The translations under genes and the position numbers were made by a program. Under the pieces are notes generated by a model. It ran no database searches. It was not told the DNA's origin and saw only the letters and a list, made by a program, of their open reading frames with translations. 33,319 nucleotides of DNA, taken from NCBI GenBank assembly GCA_964361435.1, contig CAYIAN010000001.1, forward strand, positions 1 to 33,319, written 5' to 3'. This DNA comes from an uncultured Candidatus Saccharibacteria bacterium. GTDB lineage: Bacteria; Patescibacteriota; Minisyncoccia; UBA6257; Colwellbacteraceae. Below are positions 17,034 through 24,101 of the stretch, piece after piece (positions within the stretch are counted from its first letter, which is position 1; each line of letters opens with the position of its first letter).

Positions 17034-17366
17034 TTATTTAAGCGCTTTGAATCCCTTCTCTAATTCTGCGTTAAGCGCATCTTTAATGTCAGAGTTAGCC
17101 TCTATGATATGGCCACCGATTACTACTAGCAAGTCTATCCCCTCGGGAACTTTTTCTAAGTGTTCCCTAAAAAAATCGTAGATTACTCTTTTAATCCAGT
17201 TACGCACAGTTGCTTTGGGACTGGTTTTTTTACTAATCACTACCCCCAGACGTGAATAATCATACTTATTAGGAGCTTTTTTTATAGAAAGTTTATCTCC
17301 CCTAAAGCAAAAATTGCCTCCTTTGGGGAACTCTTTGATCGATAATTTAAGCTTTTTGGAGAGCAC
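17034..17366 (-). CDS. rnpA: Ribonuclease P protein component
   Basis: 110 aa, basic, GTG start. It contains RLGVVISKKTSPKATVRNWIKRVIYDFFRE (RNR-like motif) and lies directly downstream of rpmH. Confidence 0.8.
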   Translation of the reverse strand: MLSKKLKLSIKEFPKGGNFCFRGDKLSIKKAPNKYDYSRLGVVISKKTSPKATVRNWIKRVIYDFFREHLEKVPEGIDLLVVIGGHIIEANSDIKDALNAELEKGFKALK

Positions 17367-17374
17367 TCCTTTAA

Positions 17375-17512
17375 CTAGGTCGTTAACTTCTTTCTCCCTT
17401 TGGAAATGCGGCGACGCAAGACTGCCTTGCCCCCCGAGGTGCTTTTGCGTTTCATAAACCCGTGGGCTTTTGCCCTTCTGCGTTTACTGGGCTGATAGGT
17501 TCTCTTTGGCAT
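17375..17512 (-). CDS. rpmH: 50S ribosomal protein L34
   Basis: Below the ORF-track size cut-off. The reverse complement translates [45 protein letters not shown], a near-consensus L34. Confidence 0.9.
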   Translation of the reverse strand: MPKRTYQPSKRRRAKAHGFMKRKSTSGGKAVLRRRISKGRKKLTT

Positions 17513-17521
17513 AGCGGCGTT

Positions 17522-17550
17522 ATTATATCCATAAAGTGAGGTTTTGTTAA
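17522..17550 (-). promoter_or_regulatory. Promoter of the rpmH-rnpA-yidC-jag operon
   Basis: On the minus strand: TTAACA (17550..17545), a 17-nt spacer, TATAAT (17527..17522), then 9 nt to ATG 17512. Confidence 0.5.
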
Positions 17551-17601
17551 TGTTTGTCCTCTCTCCACAGTTAATTCACATTAGGTGCTTTGGGGAGATG
17601 T

Positions 17602-17629
17602 TTGACGAGTGACTTTTGTTTAATAAGAT
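17602..17629 (+). promoter_or_regulatory. Candidate dnaA promoter
   Basis: TTGACG (17602..17607), a 16-nt spacer, TAAGAT (17624..17629), then 6 nt to ATG 17636. Confidence 0.4.
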
Positions 17630-17635
17630 TGAGTT

Positions 17636-19027
17636 ATGGAAAACCAGGCTCCTGAGGTCAACGGCCTAGAGCAATTGTGGGGAACAGTGCTCTCGGACAT
17701 TGAGCTTAGAATATCGAAACCGAATTTTTTGACCTGGCTCAAAAACAGTCGCTTAATAGAAAACAGCGAAGGGTCCGCCCTAGTGGCTCTCCCCAATAAC
17801 TTTGCCAAGGAGTGGGTGGAAACGAAATATCATAAATTGATTTTGGGCTCTATGCGCTCCATTAACGGGACAACCAAACACGTTGAGTATGTAGTTGAAG
17901 GAAGTCTTTCTCAAAGAGCGATTAATAAGAGGCGCAGGGAGACCAGAGAATATCAAGATGAAAAACAGCTTGCGTTTCAAGAAATGCGCGTTGACCCGGA
18001 GACCAACCTCAATCCCAAACACACCATGGATTCATTTGTTGTGGGTTCCTTTAACGAGTTGGCCTTCTCGGCTGCGCAGGCGGTGATTGAAAGTATCGGC
18101 ACAAAATACAATCCTCTCTTTATATACGGAGGTGTGGGGCTCGGGAAAACTCACCTTCTCCAAGGTATCGGTAATGAAATCCGTAGTCGTTCGGATAACA
18201 AGGTGGGGGTGAAATATGTATCTTCCGAGAAATTTACTAATGACGTTCTGTGGGCCATCAGAAATCGCCGCGCAGAGGATATAAAAAATACCTACCGCAA
18301 TGTAGACGTTCTTATAATCGACGATATCCAGTTTTTGGGTGGTAAAGAAAAGACCCAAGAAGAGTTTTTCCACACCTTCAACGCCCTTCATGAGAATAAT
18401 AAGCAAATAATTATCTCTTCCGACCGCCCTCCAGCATCCATTCCCACCCTTGAAGAGCGCCTGCGCTCTCGTTTTGAGGGCGGAATGATTGCGGATATAA
18501 GCGCTCCTGAGTTTGAGGCTCGTTTGGCCATTGCTAAAGCCAAGCTTCAAGAAAAAGGCGTTGAGTTGGATGATAAAGTCGTTGAGTTGGTGGCCAAAAG
18601 AGTCCAAAAGAACATCCGCGAGATTGAAGGGATTCTCAACAAGCTCGTTTTTCACCAAATAACGTATAAACGAGCCCTAGATACGGCGACCACCGAAAAA
18701 ATTATCTCCGAAGTAACTAATAAATCAGCTTCCAGAGCCACGCCTAACCAAATCATTAAAGCCGTGGCCGCATTCTTTGAAATTTCTCCTAATGATTTAG
18801 TTGGCCGCTCTCGAAACAAAGAGTATGTTGAGCCTCGTCAGATTTCTATGTATCTACTGCGAGAGCTTCTTAGTATGTCTTATCCCGATATCGCAAGTAG
18901 GGTTGGGAAAAGAGACCACACTACTGCTATCTATGCGTGTAAGAAGGTCGCCGTGAGTGTTAGTAACAACCCCGACTTAAGCCAAAAGCTTGTTTTGATC
19001 AAAGAGGATGTTAATAAATTTGGGTAA
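17636..19027 (+). CDS. dnaA: Chromosomal replication initiator protein DnaA
   Basis: 463 aa. The AAA+ Walker A is GGVGLGKTHLLQ, Walker B is LIIDDIQFL, the sensor/box VII region is present, and the C-terminal DNA-binding domain reads RQISMYLLRELLSMSYPDIASRVGKRDHTTAIYACKKV. Confidence 0.95.
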   Translation: MENQAPEVNGLEQLWGTVLSDIELRISKPNFLTWLKNSRLIENSEGSALVALPNNFAKEWVETKYHKLILGSMRSINGTTKHVEYVVEGSLSQRAINKRRRETREYQDEKQLAFQEMRVDPETNLNPKHTMDSFVVGSFNELAFSAAQAVIESIGTKYNPLFIYGGVGLGKTHLLQGIGNEIRSRSDNKVGVKYVSSEKFTNDVLWAIRNRRAEDIKNTYRNVDVLIIDDIQFLGGKEKTQEEFFHTFNALHENNKQIIISSDRPPASIPTLEERLRSRFEGGMIADISAPEFEARLAIAKAKLQEKGVELDDKVVELVAKRVQKNIREIEGILNKLVFHQITYKRALDTATTEKIISEVTNKSASRATPNQIIKAVAAFFEISPNDLVGRSRNKEYVEPRQISMYLLRELLSMSYPDIASRVGKRDHTTAIYACKKVAVSVSNNPDLSQKLVLIKEDVNKFG

Positions 19028-19219
19028 GGGCTGTTAGGTTTTTATGAAATACATGTCTAGAACAAATAACTTTAAAAGAATGATGTGGAACCCCAGCGGG
19101 ATTGATCCCAGCCTCGTCAACAAAATGTTAAATTCAAAATGTAGAAAAATAACAGTGGAAATGAGGGCCGGCGACACTTCTCCACATATTAACAGCCACT
19201 ACTACTATCTATAAAGATC
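19028..19219. other. Candidate oriC segment (dnaA-dnaN intergenic)
   Basis: The 192-nt spacer has AT-rich tracts (aacaaataactttaaaagaatga; aacaaaatgttaaattcaaaatgtagaaaaataaca). It also has DnaA-box-like 9-mers: TTCTCCACA at 19178..19186 (1 mismatch to TTATCCACA) and TGTGGAACC at 19084..19092. The 8-mer TCTCCACA recurs at 17562..17569, upstream of dnaA. Confidence 0.4.
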
Positions 19220-20326
19220 ATGAAACTAATTATTTTAAAGAGTAATCTCAAGTCGGGATTGGACACCGTAGGAAGAGGCGTGGGGACAACAACCAACCTT
19301 CCCGTTTTGGGAACAGTGCTTTTCGAGGCGCGTAATGGTCAAATTAAACTATCCACCACCAATCTTGAGTTAGCCACAACTAAAATCGTTTTTGGAAAGA
19401 TTATTGAAGAGGGCGAAATAGCCGTATCTTTCTCCACCCTGTCGGGAATAGTAAACAACATATCCAGCGAGAGGATTAATTTGGAGGTTAAAAACACCAA
19501 CTTAATCATTAAAACGGATAATTACGAAGCTCGTGTTCAGGGACTCGACACAAAAGATTTTCCTATAATCCCAACCATTAATGACAGGAAGGAATATTTA
19601 GAGATCCAGGGGGAGCTCTTGAAAAGCGCTGCGCAGAAGACCGCCGTGGCGGTTGAAATATCAGACTTGCGCCCAGAAATCGGGGGTGTCCTATTCGCAG
19701 TTGAACCAACTGGGATAAAAATAGTGGGGACAGATAGTTTTCGCCTTGCCGAAGCCATTCTGTCAGGGAAACAAGTTAAGAACACATTCTCCAGAGGGTT
19801 TATGATAACAGTCCCCCTTAAAGCAGCCCAAGAGCTTCTCCGTATCGTAGAAGACAAGGAGAGTGTGCGAATATACACCGACGAGACCCAGGTTTTATTT
19901 CAAACAGAAAGCCTCTCTATGGTCTCAAGATTGATAGAGGGCAAATTCCCGGACTACAAGGCTATTATTCCCAAGGAGGTTGAAAGTAGCGTAACGGTTG
20001 ATCGGGAGGAATTGATAAACGGGCTCAAATTAACTAGCTCTTTTTCGGGAAGAAACAGCGAAGTAACATTACGCACCAAAGACAAAAAGACCCTGGAGAT
20101 TTTATCAAGCGATAGCTCTATCGGAGAAAACAGATTCTTGCTCCCGGTTAAGGTGGACGGACCAGACACAGAGGTCATTTTTAATTGGCAATTTCTCCTA
20201 GATGGGATTAAGGGAAGTCAAAGCAGAAATATTATTCTTGGCCTAAATGGAGAAGAGCACCCGGCAGTTATTAAATCACCAGAAGAGACCGGATATTTTT
20301 ATATCCTCATGCCGATTAAACCCTAG
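19220..20326 (+). CDS. dnaN: DNA polymerase III beta sliding clamp
   Basis: 368 aa. The N-terminus is MKLIILKSNLKSGLDTVGR. The three-domain length, TDSFRLAE, LIEGKFPDYKAIIP and the position after dnaA all fit. Confidence 0.9.
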   Translation: MKLIILKSNLKSGLDTVGRGVGTTTNLPVLGTVLFEARNGQIKLSTTNLELATTKIVFGKIIEEGEIAVSFSTLSGIVNNISSERINLEVKNTNLIIKTDNYEARVQGLDTKDFPIIPTINDRKEYLEIQGELLKSAAQKTAVAVEISDLRPEIGGVLFAVEPTGIKIVGTDSFRLAEAILSGKQVKNTFSRGFMITVPLKAAQELLRIVEDKESVRIYTDETQVLFQTESLSMVSRLIEGKFPDYKAIIPKEVESSVTVDREELINGLKLTSSFSGRNSEVTLRTKDKKTLEILSSDSSIGENRFLLPVKVDGPDTEVIFNWQFLLDGIKGSQSRNIILGLNGEEHPAVIKSPEETGYFYILMPIKP

Positions 20327-22695
20327 AAGAAAACTATTATCTCGTTAGATTGTAAATTTCCATCTTCGTCGTTGACCTCTATCCTTATCCGGCTCTGGGG
20401 TATTCCGCCCCCAATTAGATCTTCCTTAATAGAAAGAGATTTCCCAAAATTTCCAGAGTATTCGGCCTTAAGAGAATCATCTAAATAAACCCTTGCGGCA
20501 GTAATTTTATTTTTGCTAGAAACCTTAGCGCGCAAAACAAAAGTCTGGTTAACCTTATCTCCGTTATCCGGCGTCAAGAATTCTATATTTAGCTCGCTAT
20601 CGATCTTCGCATTTGATCCCTCCTTAACAGCCGGAAAGCGAGTCGGTTTGGGATTCAGAGTAAGCCATAATTGAACGCCCGTTTCCCACCCCGGATATTG
20701 GGAATCATTTTGGCGCCCCAGATAATATAGGATGTTGTGATATTCCCCCCCTAGCAACTGGCCGTTCATGGTGGGCGAAGATCCAACCGCTGGATCGGGG
20801 CGGTTAAAATACTCTACAGGCAACTTAGGAAGAGCCCTAGACATAAAAGAGTGCCACATTGGGATAGCCGCCAGAATGCTACTGCTTCCCTGCCCCAACG
20901 GTTGACGGTTATTGTTTCCCGCCCACACGCCAACCGCGAGGTTTGGAGTATAGCCAAAGGTCCAAGCGTCTACGTAGTCATTGGTGGTACCAGTTTTGAG
21001 GGCTACCTGATAACCAGGAACCTGGGTAAGAGGCAAACTTGCCGTGAAAAGGCCGGAGCGTAACCCCACATCGGAGAGGATTTCATTGATCAGCCTAGGG
21101 TATTGAGGATCCACCACCTGCTTGCCATCATCCTTGTATTCCTCAAGAACCTTCCCCTTCGGATCCTCCACCTTGAGTATAAATACGGGCTTGTGGTATG
21201 TGCCCTCCGTGGCCAAAACACCATAAGCACTTAGCAATTCAATCATCCGTACTTCTCCGCCTCCAAGCACAAGGGATAAGCCAAAACGATTTGGATCATC
21301 GAAGGTAGTAATGCCAAAACGGAGAGCATTGTCCATGGTTCTTTCAAGGCCGGCTAGGTATAGCGTTTTGACGGACGGAACGTTAATAGATTGGGCAAGG
21401 CCTTCCGCCATAGTAACGGGACCCCTGAAGCGCAGGTCAAAGTTGTGGGGGCTATAACAACTTGGAGGACACGCCACGGAGAACTCCGTCTTAACGTCCC
21501 AAAGAAGTGTGTTTGGAGTAAATCCTCCCTGGAAGGCGGTTAGATAAGCAAAGGGTTTAAATGAGGATCCAGGTTGACGTAGCCCTTGAAGAGGAACATT
21601 GAAGTTTCCTTCGAAAGCGCAGTTTACGCCCTCGTTGCAACCCTCCGGCTCGGGAGGTGCAAAATAATCACGGGAGCCGACCATAGCCAATATCTGGCCA
21701 GTTTTTGGGTCCATAGCTAGAAGTGCTCCATTGTGCCCTCCCGCAACCTCTTTATTGCGCTCCACATTTACCTTAACGGCGTCCTGTGCGATTTGCTGCA
21801 TCTCCCAGTTCATAGTTGTCGTTACCTTGAGCCCTCCCGTGCGTAAAGCATCTTCTCCATATTTGTCACGTAAATATTCTTGGACCGCGATAGCAAAGTG
21901 AGGCGCTCTAATTCCCGCCTCGGGTTGAGGCTGTATCTCGGGGAGATCTTCGGGTATGCTGGAAACCTGTTGTTGGTCAATATATCCGAGCTCTTTCATG
22001 CGACTAATGATGAAATTTTTGCGATTTCTTAAACCATCCTTGTGTGATCCCCAGGGAGAATAATAACTAGGGGCCTTGGGAAGAGCTGCCAATGTAGCCG
22101 CCTCGTTGAGGTCAATATCCTTAGTCGATTTATTGAAATAGGCTACGGACGCCGACTCTACTCCGTAAATAGTTGGGCCATAAGGCACCTGGTTAAGGTA
22201 AAGATTTAAAATCTCATCCTTGGAATATTTTTGCTCTAGCTTCACGGCCAAAAAAGCTTCCCTTAGCTTCCGAGTAAGCGTTCTCTCTGATGTCAGAAAG
22301 GTATTCTTTGCAAGCTGCTGAGTGATCGTTGACCCCCCCTGAGATATGCGTCCGCTAATTAGATTAACGAAGGCGGCACGGAGTAATCCCCTCCAATCAA
22401 AAGCGCCGTGAGAGTAAAAAGAGCCATCCTCCATACTTAAGGTCGCATGGCGTATAGCATCTGGGATTTGCTCGGCGGGAATAACGGTACGCTTTTCATC
22501 CTTGTATACTTCATAAAAAAGAACCTTACCTTCGCGGTCATATATCCTAGTTGACTCAGGGACACTCAAATTAGCCAAGTCCTCCGCTTCAGGAAGCTCG
22601 GTAGTGAAATAAATGTAGCTCACGTAAAGGACTCCCAGAGCAAAAAAAATAAGGCCAACCTGGAGAATCTTTTTTTTATTCCAATGGGGAAACAT
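20323..22695 (-). CDS. Class A penicillin-binding protein (PBP1A family transglycosylase/transpeptidase) with a C-terminal extension
   Basis: N-terminal TM. GT51 motifs: MEDGSFYSHGAFD, GGSTITQQLAKN, RKLREA. Transpeptidase motifs: SSFKP, SIN, KTGTT. An extra ~120-aa beta-rich C-terminus follows the transpeptidase domain. Confidence 0.9.
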   Translation of the reverse strand: MFPHWNKKKILQVGLIFFALGVLYVSYIYFTTELPEAEDLANLSVPESTRIYDREGKVLFYEVYKDEKRTVIPAEQIPDAIRHATLSMEDGSFYSHGAFDWRGLLRAAFVNLISGRISQGGSTITQQLAKNTFLTSERTLTRKLREAFLAVKLEQKYSKDEILNLYLNQVPYGPTIYGVESASVAYFNKSTKDIDLNEAATLAALPKAPSYYSPWGSHKDGLRNRKNFIISRMKELGYIDQQQVSSIPEDLPEIQPQPEAGIRAPHFAIAVQEYLRDKYGEDALRTGGLKVTTTMNWEMQQIAQDAVKVNVERNKEVAGGHNGALLAMDPKTGQILAMVGSRDYFAPPEPEGCNEGVNCAFEGNFNVPLQGLRQPGSSFKPFAYLTAFQGGFTPNTLLWDVKTEFSVACPPSCYSPHNFDLRFRGPVTMAEGLAQSINVPSVKTLYLAGLERTMDNALRFGITTFDDPNRFGLSLVLGGGEVRMIELLSAYGVLATEGTYHKPVFILKVEDPKGKVLEEYKDDGKQVVDPQYPRLINEILSDVGLRSGLFTASLPLTQVPGYQVALKTGTTNDYVDAWTFGYTPNLAVGVWAGNNNRQPLGQGSSSILAAIPMWHSFMSRALPKLPVEYFNRPDPAVGSSPTMNGQLLGGEYHNILYYLGRQNDSQYPGWETGVQLWLTLNPKPTRFPAVKEGSNAKIDSELNIEFLTPDNGDKVNQTFVLRAKVSSKNKITAARVYLDDSLKAEYSGNFGKSLSIKEDLIGGGIPQSRIRIEVNDEDGNLQSNEIIVFF

Positions 22696-22715
22696 AGTGC
22701 GTATCTATATTCTAA

Positions 22716-22748
22716 AACAAAGCCGCCCTATTGTAGAGCGGCTTTGTT
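22716..22748 (-). terminator. Rho-independent terminator after the small acidic ORF
   Basis: An 11-bp perfect stem AACAAAGCCGC / GCGGCTTTGTT (22716..22726 and 22738..22748) closes an 11-nt loop. On the minus strand it runs into CUUUGUUUUAG. Confidence 0.6.
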
Positions 22749-22756
22749 AGCTTACG

Positions 22757-22930
22757 TTACTCCTCTTCGTCTAAATCCAAATCTGTATCTATGTCCGGAT
22801 CAGCATCCGAACCATCATCCTTCTTCTTCTCGTCATCTTCGGGGACAACCTTGTTAGTATCGTCATCCGAGTCATCGTCTCCGAATTCGCCAAACTGACC
22901 ATCAAGAAGGACCTCTTCCTTAAGCTCCAT
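22757..22930 (-). CDS. 57-aa hyper-acidic small protein (hypothetical)
   Basis: MELKEEVLLDGQFGEFGDDDSDDDTNKVVPEDDEKKKDDGSDADPDIDTDLDLDEEE. I chose ATG 22930 because the track extension to 23053 overlaps ruvC and contains a promoter. The gene is flanked by its own promoter and terminator. Confidence 0.45.
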   Translation of the reverse strand: MELKEEVLLDGQFGEFGDDDSDDDTNKVVPEDDEKKKDDGSDADPDIDTDLDLDEEE

Positions 22931-23003
22931 TGTTTTTATTAAGTGATTGCAAAAACGACCTTTTGGGGACTTTGCAGGAAGAAGCAAAGCCCAGACTAGC
23001 GAA

Positions 23004-23031
23004 AGTATATTCGAGAAAAGCGGGGTGTCAA
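23004..23031 (-). promoter_or_regulatory. Strong sigma70-like promoter for the acidic small-ORF unit
   Basis: On the minus strand: TTGACA (23031..23026), a 16-nt spacer, TATACT (23009..23004). It overlaps the ruvC stop codon. The ~70-nt leader contains the hairpin GGGCUUUGC-N8-GCAAAGUCCC. Confidence 0.55.
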
Positions 23032-23504
23032 GCCCTTTTTGACGAGATATCAAAAGCTCCCCTTAAGGCAATAGCCAAGGCGTCGGAAACATCATCGGGG
23101 CCAGGGATATCTTTAACCTCCAAAGTCCAGGCGACCGCTCGGGAAACCTCTTGTTTACTAGCGCTTCCATTGCCCGTAACGGCGGATTTTACCTCACTGG
23201 GGCCAAACTCCATGAGCTCCAATTTGTTTTTTTGCAAAACCAAAAGGATCACTCCTCTCGCTTCGGACACGCTGGAGGCGGTCTTTTTGTTTTTTGAGAA
23301 AAAAAGTTTTTCTAGGCAAACAAGGTCAGGTTTATGAACACGCACCAATTTTTGCATTTGCCTCTCAAGGTGTGAGAGGCGATCTTCTTTTTCTATTCCT
23401 TCACCGTTAATAAGTCCACAGGCGATCAACCTTACTCCACGGGTTTTTTCTATTAACCCATATCCAGTACGAGTAGTGCCCGGATCTATGCCTAAAATTT
23501 TCAT
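23028..23504 (-). CDS. ruvC: Crossover junction endodeoxyribonuclease RuvC
   Basis: MKILGIDPGTTRTGYGLIE (catalytic Asp), SPSEVKSAVTGNGSASKQEV and DDVSDALAIAL. Confidence 0.9.
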   Translation of the reverse strand: MKILGIDPGTTRTGYGLIEKTRGVRLIACGLINGEGIEKEDRLSHLERQMQKLVRVHKPDLVCLEKLFFSKNKKTASSVSEARGVILLVLQKNKLELMEFGPSEVKSAVTGNGSASKQEVSRAVAWTLEVKDIPGPDDVSDALAIALRGAFDISSKRA

Positions 23505-24028
23505 TTTCCTAAGGATGTGTAAACCGCCCCTACATCTGGGTGATTCTCTATGGCTTCAACTAATTGATTAATCACTTCTTTTAATCCTGAAGAAGGAGGG
23601 TTGTTAAATTTAGGGATATATCCATCATCGTTTTTTTCAAACGCCCACATCAGAGCTCCCGGCTCAGCCATTTTAATGTCGTGGTTTTTTAAAATGACTT
23701 TTATCTCCGGTACGGTACGGTTGCGGTTGTCGGTTATAGCTTTTATGAGAATGCCAATGCCCCCTGGCCCATACGCTTCTATTAGCAACTCCTCTAAATC
23801 TCCCGCCTCGATGGCGCGATGGATTGCCCTGTCGATGTTTGCCTGGGGCATGTTGTGTTTGTGAGCCTGATCAACGGCGCTCCTCAAGGCTGCGTTAAAT
23901 TTTGGATCTGGATTTCCTCTAGCAGCTATGGAAATTACATTAGCCATTTTTGAGAAAAGCCTGGCCTTACCCTGATCATTCTTAGCCTTTTTGTCTTTAA
24001 TCTGTGACCACTTATTGTGTCCGGACAT
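23501..24028 (-). CDS. yebC: YebC/PmpR family DNA-binding regulator (short, 175 aa)
   Basis: MSGHNKWSQIKDKKAKNDQGKARLFSK..., NPDPKFNAALRSAVDQAHKHNMPQANIDRAI, EAYGPGGIGILIKAITDNRNRTV. The conserved yebC-ruvC adjacency is present, with a 4-nt overlap with ruvC. Confidence 0.8.
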   Translation of the reverse strand: MSGHNKWSQIKDKKAKNDQGKARLFSKMANVISIAARGNPDPKFNAALRSAVDQAHKHNMPQANIDRAIHRAIEAGDLEELLIEAYGPGGIGILIKAITDNRNRTVPEIKVILKNHDIKMAEPGALMWAFEKNDDGYIPKFNNPPSSGLKEVINQLVEAIENHPDVGAVYTSLGK

Positions 24029-24101
24029 ATCTCCTATATCTTACTCCCCCAAGGGCTTTTTGCTAACGTCCAAAGGGACTATTATTAGATAAACAATTTG
24101 G

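Noticed and set aside
19090-19115. tRNA-like T-arm impression (GCGGGATTGATCCCAGC) in the dnaA-dnaN spacer
   Set aside because: The stem GGGA/TCCC closes a 4-nt loop, not the 7-nt T-loop. There are no acceptor, D or anticodon arms around it.
22931-23053. Upstream extension of the acidic small ORF (track 22757..23053)
   Set aside because: The extension overlaps the ruvC 3' end and contains a near-consensus promoter (23004..23031). The hydrophobic/basic extension is unlike the rest of the protein, so the ATG at 22930 is preferred.
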